NCBI GenBank assembly: GCA_964016885.1
Contig: OZ024743.1
Location: forward strand, 212,722,001 to 212,786,000
Source of the DNA: Eledone cirrhosa
Taxonomy: Eukaryota
DNA length: 64,000 bases
Direction: 5' to 3'
Shown here: one piece after another, positions 12,810 through 24,044 of the stretch
Numbering within the stretch: the stretch's first letter is position 1
How the letters are laid out: every line of letters starts with the position of its first letter
Position numbers and translations under genes: made by a program
Notes under the pieces: generated by a model
Database searches by the model: none
Seen by the model: only the letters and a program-made list of their open reading frames with translations
Told to the model about the DNA's origin: nothing

Positions 12810-13203
12810 TAAACGGAATAGAAAATGCTGACAAATTGTTCACAGTTGAAAAATGGTTTAATTAGGAATAAAAGAGTATAAGTGATTGTATGGGTTAGTA
12901 TTCAGTTGTGGTTTTAAGTTTTTAAGTTTTTACCGGTTGCGCATTTCTAAATGCTTTTCAAAAATAATTTTGAGATAGAGTGTCCGTGCTGTTTGCTCTG
13001 ATCAGAGCAAACAGCACGGACACTCTATCTCAAAATTATTTTTGAAAAGCATTTAGAAATGCGCAACCGGTAAAAACTTAAAAACTTAAAACCACAACTG
13101 AATACTAACCCATACAATCACTTATACTCTTTTATTCCTAATTAAACCATTTTTCAACTGTGAACAATTTGTCAGCATTTTCTATTCCGTTTACCAATAT
13201 ATA
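12800..13203. repeat. Spacerless palindrome, ~202-bp arms, centred on CTCTGA|TCAGAG (13001/13002)
   Basis: Arms read as reverse complements outward to TATATTGGTAAACGG / CCGTTTACCAATATA; abuts (TA)n. Confidence 0.95.
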
Positions 13204-13232
13204 ATAACTTGTGTGTTACACCTCTATTCTTT

Positions 13233-13276
<44 letters not shown>

Positions 13277-13278
13277 TA

Positions 13279-13465
13279 TATATCACAGAAAAAAGAGAAT
13301 CAGTGTTGCGACGAAAGGAATTTATTGGACATATTACGCGCGATTTCAGAGTCAGGTTTGATCACCACATCGATCGTGCCTCGAGCTGGTCGCCTGAGAA
13401 ACAATTGTAATATGTCCTATAAATTCCTTTCGTCGCAACACTGATTCTCTTTTTTCTGTGATATA
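13279..13465. repeat. Inverted repeat, ~58-bp arms with ~70-bp spacer
   Basis: TATATCACAGAAAAAAGAGAATCAGTGTTGCGACGAAAGGAATTTA...TATTAC and its reverse complement, one mismatch noticed. Confidence 0.93.
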
Positions 13466-13539
13466 ATACTCTTCCTTACGAGGGCATCGAGTGCTCACAC
13501 GGCCTACCGCATACGGACGCTTTAAGCTTCCAACACCAA

Positions 13540-13584
<45 letters not shown>

Positions 13585-13648
13585 TATGCATGTCTAAATA
13601 AAAAGGCGAGATGGGCATGGTTGGAATGTCTTATATCATATATATATA

Positions 13649-13757
13649 CTAGCCGAATTACTCGCCCCTTGCTACGTTTCACACATTTTTTTTTTGTAAG
13701 AAAATGATGATTGATTTTAAATCAGTGATATAATTTATGGAGAAAAACTCTGCATTT
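13649..13757 (-). mobile_element. Helitron 3' terminus
   Basis: Reverse complement of 12651-12737, continuing ...CGTAGCAAGGGGCGAGTAATTCGGCTAG|T: GC-rich subterminal segment and CTAG before T. Confidence 0.7.
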
Positions 13758-14203
13758 GATTAACATTGAAATAGCACTAAAACAAACCGCTTTAAGGCCT
13801 TGCTCAACAGCCGAAAATAAACTGATTTTAATTATTCAAATCTCTTGATTGGCGGAGAAACAACTGCCAAACTGTTGTACGAGCGTTTGTAGCATTCTCA
13901 TTACAGTTAAGTTACTGTTAATATATTTAACATGGAGCAGTAATAAGCAAATTTCAAATAATTTTGGTGAATAAAATCAATAACAACCATTAGCAGATGC
14001 CATTTAAATTATGTCAATACGGGAAACAACCCCAGGAATGTTTCGATCTTATGACATCATCAGTAACCCATAGACTTTACCATATTTGTTTAAGTCGTAA
14101 AATAATAGATTTATTTAGAGAATAAATAAACTAGAGATCCCATAAGAGGGAATTAAATTAATTAATTTTTTTTTAGTATGTTTAATATTTTTTATTCCAA
14201 CAG

Positions 14204-14339
14204 CCATGTCCCAGTGACCCAATCACTTATAATACTATAAGGAAGGCCAGAGCAGATGAAACTTGTAAACGATTGATCAATGATGGATCACTTAATCATT
14301 CTGTATACAAACCAACTGGAAGGCCCCTTGGTGGTAGAG
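14204..14339 (+). CDS. ADAMTS-family exon: end of TSP1, start of Cys-rich domain
   Basis: tttattccaacAG acceptor, GTATGT donor. Phase 0 start, PCPSDPITYNTIRKARADETCKRLINDGSLNHSVYKPTGRPLGGR; completes CNEQ-PCP. Ends in phase 1. Confidence 0.85.
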
Positions 14340-14479
14340 GTATGTATTTTCTGTTCACAAACCTTCTTACTTTCTAAATGAACAAACCAATCTCAACAAA
14401 ACAGCTGAATGTTAACCATCGCAGGAACTATCAACCTCATATTTTTTTAAATTACATTAATTTTTCATTGCTGTATACT

Positions 14480-15470
14480 ACAATCGATTTCAGATACGAA
14501 TGCCCTAGGATTTGTGTTCGGATAAATGGTGCTTAATCAAAACCATTCAATGTGGGAGTCTGACTCCGCTAAGAGTGCGTACTGTTACATGTCCTGTTCA
14601 TAATCTTCATGAATTGGATAGGCATGCGCAGCTGGGCTGGAAGTGGGATCACGACTTGCGGGTGTAGGATTAGTCGGTTAGAATTTGCAGACGATATGGT
14701 ATTACTTAACCCACCAGACGGTGAACCCCCACTTGCACTTGGTAGGTTTTATGCCGAGTGCTGCATGGCAGGAATCAAAATCAGTGCTGCGAAAACTGAG
14801 ACACTCGTCCTCTCAAGGAAACCTGCGCAATGTATTCTACATGTAAATGGAGTTCCACTGGAGAAGTTCAAGTATTTCGGAGCCGTGTTCACGAGTGATA
14901 GAAGGTAGGAGGCTGAATTAAGTGTAGTACCGGCTGGAGCTGGTGCAGTAATGTTCCAGCTTGAATATTCGGTAATCAGAAGAAGGGAGGTAGGTGATAA
15001 ATTCAAACTCACTATCTTCAATTTGGTATTCATGCCAACCCTTACCTATGGTCATGAATCTTTGGTAATGACCGAAAGAATACGATCACGAATACAAACG
15101 GCCGAATGGGGTTCCTTAGAAGGGTATTTGGAGTAACGTTACTTGATAGAGTGCGTAGCTCGGAGATCAGAGTGTCACTCCAGGTAGAGCCGTTACTTCT
15201 CCGAATTGAGAGATAACAGCTCCGATATTGTGGGCATGTGGTTAGAATGTCTTAAGAAAGAATCGCTGGACAGATTTTACGGGCAATCCCAACCGGTAGG
15301 AGACCCAAGAGTTGATTCTTGGCAAGATGGTTGGATAACATCGATGATCTCGGTTGGACTTGCTTTGAGGAACCAGCCGGATCAATTAGAGGTGGTTGCT
15401 TTTGACAGGCCCCACCGGAAGAAGTGTTTGAAGACTCAGCACCCATGAGCCTCTCAGGAATAAGTGGACG
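14480..15470 (+). mobile_element. RTE-clade LINE, 5'-truncated and degenerate
   Basis: LEFADDMVLL, GIKISAAKTETLV, FKYFGAVFTSD, PTLTYGHES..MTERIRSRIQTAE across broken frames. Confidence 0.85.
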
Positions 15471-16469
15471 AAAAAGAAGTTTTCATATACACTACGTACA
15501 TGTCTAACTTGTTTACGTATCTGTTTGTCTATCCATTTCTCGTTATTTATACATATGTGTGTATTGGAAAATATTAAAACCATTTCTGTATCTATATAAA
15601 GACGGTAAGTAAAAAAAAAATGCCGTTAATTTTTCCCCAGCTCTATTACAAACAGGCAGCTTAGGTCAGGGCAAGCAATGGTTAGACTATGTTTCAATGA
15701 AATGTATTAAGACAAAATATAACAAGGGTTGCTATCGTAGTTGCGCCAAAATTAAAACCCAAAGCACATCGCATTCCCCCCATACAATTTCTTTTAATAA
15801 TTTAGATTTAAGAGTTGTCGCTCTTACTTTGCTTGGAGGAAATCTACGAAAGAATGGTAATTAGCTAAACATTGTTAGGCTCTTGCATCAAATATCTAAG
15901 CCCACACTTAACTATATGTTCTGTACGCTGAGTGCTTATCTGGTAATTTTCCCTAATGAAAAAAAGTTAAGGGCTGAAACACTTGCATGAGGTGGGAGGG
16001 GAGTGGAGGATGCTTAACCTTTGATGACCTTCTGCTGTCTAGCACTTCCGAGAATTTATTACTACTATCTTCTGTATGCAGAATGCTTCCTGGTAATTTT
16101 CTCCAATCATCGTTTTAATTTGTTTAATCAATGAATGTCTTTCCTTCAAAATTTCTATTAACTCAGTCTGATTAAATCTTTGTAAATTCTGGTTAAACTA
16201 TGCTTCATTGAAATAATGCAATAAAATTGAAATATGTCGAGATTTGGCAGTGCCCTTCCCAAATATCTGGCCCTTTACCCACTGCATACCTCCCTCGACC
16301 TCTTAATTAATTTGAATATCGGACTTGTATGTCTTGCTTTTTTTTTTAGAGTAATTCATAATTAAAGTTAATCATTTGAATGATTAATAATTACGAGCCT
16401 AATTATAATTAAATAAAGAGCATGGCTTTTTACTATATTATTTTAGCTGTCACTTGTGGATAATACAAA

Positions 16470-16557
<88 letters not shown>

Positions 16558-16691
16558 GAAAACACAGGTAAGCATTAAGAGAAGGATTTAATCCAGGTAT
16601 TTACGACCGTTTCATTGGTAAGTGCAACCTTATATTGCTAGACTGCAAATAACAGCCACTCAATTATAATTGTTGTTCCCACCGTTACGCA

Positions 16692-16961
16692 ATGAAACAT
16701 TCCCATCACCGTTATGTAACTACCCTTGCAAACAAGACCTGGCAACTGAGGGAAAGTAACCATCAATACACCCTGAAGTGGAAAAAATTATCGAACGCGC
16801 CCCCATATCGGAGTGGTATGAGAAGCTGTCGATTATGCGACCTTGAGCTGTTCCACATCTTAAGTTCGAAGAATAGGTTACTCAACAATAAAATTGAGAG
16901 ATCAATTTATTGTAACCATAGACTCAAAGAGAAATTTTCGCACTACAAATCGAACCCTTAA
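16692..16961 (+). mobile_element. Penelope-like element ORF C-terminal fragment (GIY-YIG-associated tail)
   Basis: TTLANKTWQLR...YTLKWK...APPY...CRLCDLELFHIL...LLN...E...CNH matches the pattern I recall for the C-terminus of Neptune/Penelope-type ORFs. Confidence 0.7.
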
Positions 16962-17179
16962 CCTCTTACTACCAACTGACAAACTGCATATACTTAGACT
17001 TTATACCCTCTTATATCTAGACCCTTTAATTACCCACAAAACCAATACATATATCCTCCCCTTCTCCCTCATTCCTCTTCTATTTCTTCGTTTTCTTCCT
17101 TCCTTCCCCCTTCTTGGCTATCTTTTCTTTTCTTCCTGCTCACCCCCTTCTTTGCTTTTATTTTTGTCATTATTATCTT

Positions 17180-17232
<53 letters not shown>

Positions 17233-17236
<4 letters not shown>

Positions 17237-17722
17237 CATGTAATAAAATGAGTCCCTCATCAGTGATTTGCCGAAGATCATAGATATTTCATTGCATTAA
17301 AAATCATATACCCCACCTCGGTGCAATAATAACCAAAATAAGTTATTAGGACAATTGAAACGCGTAAAGTGAGTGAGACAGGAGAACAACAAAAAGTATA
17401 GCTAACCGTAGGGGGAAGAAACAAGCTTCAAAAATTATTCTGTTTAGCATAAACTAGGTGAATATATGAGCGCTTTTAAAAGCGCTCATATATTCACCTA
17501 GCTTATGCTAAACAGAATAATTTTTGAAGCTTGTTTCTTCCCCCTACGGTTAGCTATACTTTTTGTTGTTCTCCTGTCTCACTCACTTTACGCGTTTCAA
17601 TTGTCCTAATAACTTATTTTGGTTATTATTGCACCGAGGTGAGGTATATGATTTTTAATGCAATGAAATATCTATGATCTTCGGCAAATCACTGATGAGG
17701 GACTCATTTTATTACATGTTAT
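17233..17722. repeat. Spacerless palindrome, 245-bp arms, centred on GCGCTTTT|AAAAGCGC (17477/17478)
   Basis: Arms complementary out to ATAACATGTAATAAAATG / CATTTTATTACATGTTAT; two mismatches noticed; abuts (TA)n. Confidence 0.95.
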
Positions 17723-17741
17723 CCATGTGCTACCTGCAGTA

Positions 17742-17870
<129 letters not shown>

Positions 17871-18533
17871 ATGTATATGTATATATATATATATGTGTAT
17901 ATATATATATGTATATATATATATTTATCTCTTTATATCTCCTACCCCCTCTCTCTATCCATCCCTCCCACTATTATCTATTTAATTCTCTTTAACTCAC
18001 TACACTCCACGACATGATGTCTGCTATCAAAACTGACCAAAGAATCCTTCCACCTCTACCCCTACCTCCATCTCAGTTTGTCATTCTACTTCCTACCTCT
18101 TCCCCCTTCCTCTCTCTCTATACTATGCCGTCTGTCCCCTCACCTCCTGATTCCTCTCTCTCTATACTAGTAAATACAATTCCAAATAAATGTTTTTCTC
18201 TATATATTAAGAATTATTTCAAGAGTAACTCACTATTTTGAAAATTTGGACTGTGAACAACAATTATAATTGAGTGGCTGCAATTTGCAGTATAGCAATA
18301 TAAGGTTGCACTTACCAATGAAACGGTCGTAAATACCTGGATTAAATCCTTCTCTTAATGCTTACCTGTGTTTTCTCTTTTATACTTTATATTCCAAGAT
18401 TGAACGGAATTCTTACAAACTTGTGGAGTTACCCCTAACCGTACGTTGAAACCATCCATGAAACTGGCTTTCTTAACCAAAAACTGGATCACAATAAGCA
18501 ATTTTTTGCTTCTCTAACTAACTAACTATATAT

Positions 18534-18904
18534 CTCTGGCCATAGTCTGGTCTACTTCTTCCGATATCACTTCCGAAGAAGGATAAGAATGGAGAGAGAG
18601 GTGCTTGGCCACAGGCAGTTTTATGAAAGGTGGGTGATAGTGGCGAGAATGGCTCGTGTAAATGGGCCTTCTCTGTATACCATCCTGTAGGTAAAGAAGT
18701 AAAGGAGAGGGGAGCACCTTCTCCATGTGCTCCCCGGGCAAAGGATTGCACACTTTTTCGGGGGTGTGTGCAACCCCCATCACGTCCCCTCCCTTTTGAG
18801 GTTATTTTCGATTATTTTCATGTTACACCCTTTTTACTCGATTATATGTAAACTCCCCCTTTGTATTTGTCCCTTCTTTTTATGCCTTTATGGTAAATAA
18901 AGAA
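18534..18904 (+). mobile_element. Diverged 3' fragment of a related Tx1 element, copy D
   Basis: Homologous to the last ~50 codons of ORF2 and the 3' UTR; preceded by CTATATATCT and followed by ATCTATATATAT. Confidence 0.88.
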
Positions 18905-18931
18905 ATCTATATATATATATATATATATATA

Positions 18932-19271
18932 CCGTATTTGACGGCTTATAAGATGCGCTTTTTATCCAAAAATGTCACAGAATATCACCCTGCGTCTTAT
19001 AAGGTGAAGGGCCAGTTTGGGTTACTGCCTAGTGAAGTTCTAATTCTGCAGTCGCCCTTAGATTAAACCACAAACATCTCCGCAAATGGAAACACGGTGG
19101 CGATGGCTTCTACACCAATATTACAACTAGAATTACAATGTAGAATGATTAAACAAAATATACGATGTCCAAACTTTATACGCTGCACCTGACATTCGTA
19201 GCTTAAACCCAGTCTGCCCAAATTGAGGTGCGACTTATAAGCCAATGTTTCATATAAGCTGTCAAATAGGG
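18932..19271. mobile_element. Tc1/mariner-pogo type MITE (340 bp)
   Basis: TIRs CCGTATTTGACGGCTTATA / TATAAGCTGTCAAATAGGG (2 mismatches) flanked by TA on both sides; no coding capacity. Confidence 0.8.
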
Positions 19272-19390
19272 TACGTACACACACACACACACACACACAC
19301 ACATATGTGTGTGGGTATATATGTAGTTTTGCAGGCAAGCAAACACAAATGTAAATTCTGAATAAACTAATATATTTTTTTTCATTAAAG

Positions 19391-19551
19391 GTTACAACGA
19401 TGATTGTGACGTTCACTGCGAAAACAGCGGAAGCAAGAATAGCCGAGATGCCATTTTACCAGATGGGACGCCATGTTCATATCCCGATCCAGAATACAAT
19501 GTACATGGTGTATCAAACTTAAAGTTGCATTGTTTCAGAGGGAAGTGTCAG
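19391..19551 (+). CDS. ADAMTS-family exon: Cys-rich domain
   Basis: T-rich acceptor, CAG|GTAAG donor. Phase 1 start, (G)YNDDCDVHCENSGSKNSRDAILPDGTPCSYPDPEYNVHGVSNLKLHCFRGKCQ, matching the ADAMTS CxxxC...DGTPC...CxxGxC pattern. Confidence 0.9.
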
Positions 19552-21890
19552 GTAAGGATGTGTATAATGAAGATTGATCCTCATATTATTTACATCGTAA
19601 TTTTGTTCATTTTTGTGTGGAGATAACAATAGAATGGACAATTGATGGTTGAAGTAGTAGAGTGGTCTATAGATGGTTGAGACAGTAGAGTGGTTTATAT
19701 ATGGTTGAGACAGTAGAGTGGTCTATAGATGGTTGGGACAGTAGAGTGGGCTATAGATAGCTGAAACAATAGAGTGGTCTATAGATGGTTGAAACAATAG
19801 AATGGTCTATAGATGATTGAAGTAGTAGAGTGGTATATAGATGGTTGAGACAGTAGAGTGGTCTATAGATGGTTGAGACAATAGAGTAGTCTATAGATAG
19901 CTGAGACAGTAAAGTGGTCTATAGATGGTTGAGACAGTAGAGTGGTCTATAGATGGTTGAGACAGTAGAGTGGTCTATAGATGGTTGAGACAGTAGAGTG
20001 GTCTATAGATGGTTGAGACAGTAGAGTGGTCTATAGATTGTTGAGACCGTAGAGTGGTCTATAGATGATTGAGACAGTAGAGTGGTCTATAGATGATTGG
20101 GACAATAGAGTGGTCTATAGATGGTTGAGACAATAGAGTGGTCTATAGATGGTTGAGACAGTAGAGTGGTCTATAGATGGTTGAGACAGTAGAGTGGTCT
20201 ATAGATGGTTGAGACAGTAGAGTGGTCTATATATGGTTGAGACAGTAGAGTGGTCTATAGATGGTTGGGACAGTAGAGTGGGCTATAGATAGTTGAAACA
20301 ATAGAGTGGTCTATAGATGGTTGAGACAATAGAGTGGTCTATAGATGATTAAGACAATAGAGTCGTCTATAGATAGCTGAGACAGTAAAGTGGTCTATAG
20401 ATGGTTGAGACAGTAGAGTGGTCTATAGATAGCTGAGATAATAGAGTGGTCTATAGATGGTTGAGACAGTAGAGTGGTCTATAGATGGTTGAGACAATAG
20501 AGTAGTCTATAGATAGCTGAGACAGTAAAGTGGTCTATAGATGGTTGAGACAGTAGAGTGGTCTATAGATGGTTGAGACAGTAGAGTGGTCTATAGATGG
20601 TTGAGACAGTAGAGTGGTCTATAGATGGTTGAGACAGTAGAGTGGTCTATAGATTGTTGAGACCGTAGAGTGGTCTATAGATGATTGAGACAGTAGAGTG
20701 GTCTATAGATGATTGAGACAATAGAGTGGTCTATAGATGGTTGAGACAATAGAGTGGTCTATAGATGGTTGAGACAGTAGAGTGGTCTATAGATGGTTGA
20801 GACAGTAGAGTGGTCTATAGATGGTTGAGACAGTAGAGTGGTCTATATATGGTTGAGACAGTAGAGTGGTCTATAGATGGTTGGGACAGTAGAGTGGGCT
20901 ATAGATAGTTGAAACAATAGAGTGGTCTATAGATGGTTGAGACAATAGAGTGGTCTATAGATGATTAAGACAATAGAGTGGTCTATAGATGGTTGAAGTA
21001 GTAGAGTGGTCTATAGATGGTTGAAGTAGTGGAGTGGTCTATAGATAGCTGAAACAATACAGTGGCCTATAGATGCTTGAGACAGTAGAGTGGTCTATAT
21101 ATGGTTGAGACAGTAGAGTGGTCTATAGATGGTTGCAACAGTAGAGTGGTCTATAGATAGCTGAAACAATAGAGTGGTCTATAGATAGTTGAGACAATAG
21201 AGTGGTCTATAGATGGTTGAGACAGTAGAGTGGTCTATAGATAGTTGACACATTAGAGTGGTCTATAGATGGTTGAGACAATAGAGTGGTCTATAGATGG
21301 TTGAAGTAGTAGAGTGGTCTATAGATGGTTGAAGTAGTGGAGTGGTCTATACATAGCTGAAACAATAGAGTGGTTTATAGATGGTTGGGACAGTAGAGTG
21401 GTCTATAGATGGTTGAGACAGTAGAGTGGTCTATAGATAGTTGAGGCAGTAGAGTGGTCTATAGATGGTTGAGACAGTAGAGTGGTCTATAGATGGTTGA
21501 GACAGTAGAGTGGTCTATATATGGTTGAGACAGTAGAGTGGTCTATATATGGTTGAGACATTAGAGTGGTCTATATATGGGTGAGACATTAGAGTGGTCT
21601 ATAGACAGTTGAGACATTAGAGTGGTCTATAGATGGTTGAGGCAGTAGAGTGGTCTATAGATGGTTGAGACAGTAGAGTGGTCTATAGATGGTTGAGACA
21701 ATAGAGTGGTCTATAGATGGTTGAGACAGTAGAGTGGTCTATAGATGGTTGAGACAGTAGAGTGGTCTATAGATGGTTGAAGTAGTAGAGTGGTCTATAG
21801 ATGGTTGAGACAGTAGAGTGGTCTATAGATGGTTGAGACAGTAGAGTGGTCTATGGATAGCTGAGACAGAAGAGTGGTCTATAGATGGTT

Positions 21891-22058
21891 CCGATCGACT
21901 TGTCCCGGTTCAGCTTAGCCCTTGTAAACCTTTCGTACTCCTCCAGTAAGGTGCCGATCGCCCCGATTTCCGAGGCCATCGACACCATTACTGTTACGTC
22001 ATCGGCGCAGGCCGACACCGATTTCCGCAATCCCGGTTCCACCGGGATGCCCTGCAAC
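21891..22058 (-). mobile_element. 168-bp internal RT fragment of the Tx1 element, piece E
   Basis: LQGIPVEPGLRKSVSACADDVTVMVS...LNRDKSIG; sits at satellite GGTT|GAGAC; no element 3' end. Confidence 0.93.
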
Positions 22059-24044
22059 TTGAGACAATAGAGTGGTCTATAGATAGCTGAGACAGTAGAA
22101 TGGCCTATAAATAGTTGAGACAGTAGAGTGGTCTATGGATGGTTGAGACAGTAGAGTGGTCTATAGATGGTTGAGACAGTAGAGTGGTCTATAGATGGTT
22201 GAAGTAGTAGAGTGGTCTATAGATGGTTGAGGTAGTAGAGTGGTCTATAGATGGTTGAGACAGTAGAGTGGTCTATAGATGGTTGAAGTAGTAGAGTGGT
22301 CTATAGATGGTTGAAGTAGTAGAGTGGTCTATAGATGGTTGAGACAGTAGAGTGGTCTATAGATGGTTGAGACAGTAGAGTGGTCTATAGATAGCTGAGA
22401 CAGTAGAGTGGTCTATAGATAGCTGAGATAATAGAGTGGTCTATAGATGGTTGAGACAGTAGAGTGGTCTATAGATGGTTGAGACAGTAGAGTGGTCTAT
22501 AGATAGCTGAGACAGTAGAGTGGTCTATAGATGGTTGAGACAGTAGAGTGGTATATAGATGGTTGAGACAGTAGAGTGGTCTATAGATGGTTGAGACAGT
22601 AGAGTGGTCTATAGATGGTTGAGACAGTAGAGTGGTGCATAGATGGTTGAAGTAGTAGAGTGGTCTATAGATAGCTGAGACAGTAGAGTGGTCTATAGAT
22701 GGTTGAGACAGTAGAGTGGTCTATAGATGGTTGAGACAGTAGAGTGGTCTATAGATAGTTGAGACAATAGAGTGGTCTATAGATAGCTGAGACATTAGAA
22801 TGGTCTATAGATAGTTGAGACAGTAGAGTGGTCTATGGATGGTTGAGACAGTAGAGTGGTCTATAGATGGTTGAGACAATAGAGTGGTCTATAGATGGTT
22901 GAGACAATAGAGTGGTCTATAGATGGTTGAGACAGTAGAGTGGTCTATAGATAGTTGAGACAGTAGAGTGGTCTAGAGATGGTTGAAGTAGTAGACTGGT
23001 CTATAGATGGTTGAGACAGTAGAGTGGTCTATAGATGGTTGAGACAGTAGAGTGGTCTATAGATAGTTGAGACAGTAGAGTGGTCTAGAGATGGTTGAAG
23101 TAGTAGACTGGTCTATAGATGGTTGAGACAGTAGAGTGGTCTATAGATAGTTGAGACAGTAGAGTGGTCTATAGATGGTTGAAGTAGTAGAGTGGTCTAT
23201 AGATGGTTGAAGTAGTAGAGTGCTCTATAGATGTTTGAGACAATAGAGTGGTCTATAGATGGTTGAAGTAGTAGAGTGGTCTATAGATGGTTGAGACAGT
23301 AGAGTGGTCTATAGATGGTTGAGACAGTAGAGTGGTCTATAGAGGGTTGAAGTAGTAGAGTGGTCTATAGATGGTTAAGACAGTAGAGTGGTCTATAGAT
23401 AGCTGATACAGTAGAGTGTTCTATAGATGGTTGAGACAGTAGAGTGGTCTATAGATGGTTGAGACAGTAGAATGGTCTATAGTTGGTTGAGACAGTAGAG
23501 TGGTCTATAGATAGTTGAGACAATAGAGTGGTCTATAGATAGCTGAGACAGTAGAATGGTCTATAGATAGTGGAGACAGTAGAGTGGTCTATGGATGGTT
23601 GAGACAGTAGAGTGGTCTATAGATGGTTGAGACAGTAGAGTGGTCTATAGATGGTTGAAGTAGTAGAGTGGTCTAGAGATGGTTGAAGTAGTAGAGTGGT
23701 CTATAGATGGTTGAGACAGTAGAGTGGTCTATAGATGGTTGAGACAGTAGAGTGGTGTATCGATAGCTGAGACAGTAGAGTGGTCTATAGATGGTTGAGA
23801 CAATAGAGTGGTCTATAGATGGTTGAGACAATAGAGTGGTCTATAGATGGTTGAGACAATAGAGTGGTCTATATATGGTTGAAGTAGTAGAATGGTCTAT
23901 AGATGTTTGACGTAGTAGAGTGGTCTATAGATGGTTGAGACAGTAGAGTGGTCTATAGATGGTTGAGACAATAGAGTGGTCTATAGATGGTTGAGACAGT
24001 AGAGTGGTCTATAGATAGCTGAGACATTAGAGTGGTCTATAGAT

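Noticed and set aside
17350-17700. Complete permuted hammerhead from GAAACGCGTA (left arm) and CTGATGAG (right arm)
   Set aside because: The bases flanking the two motifs do not pair to form stems I and II.
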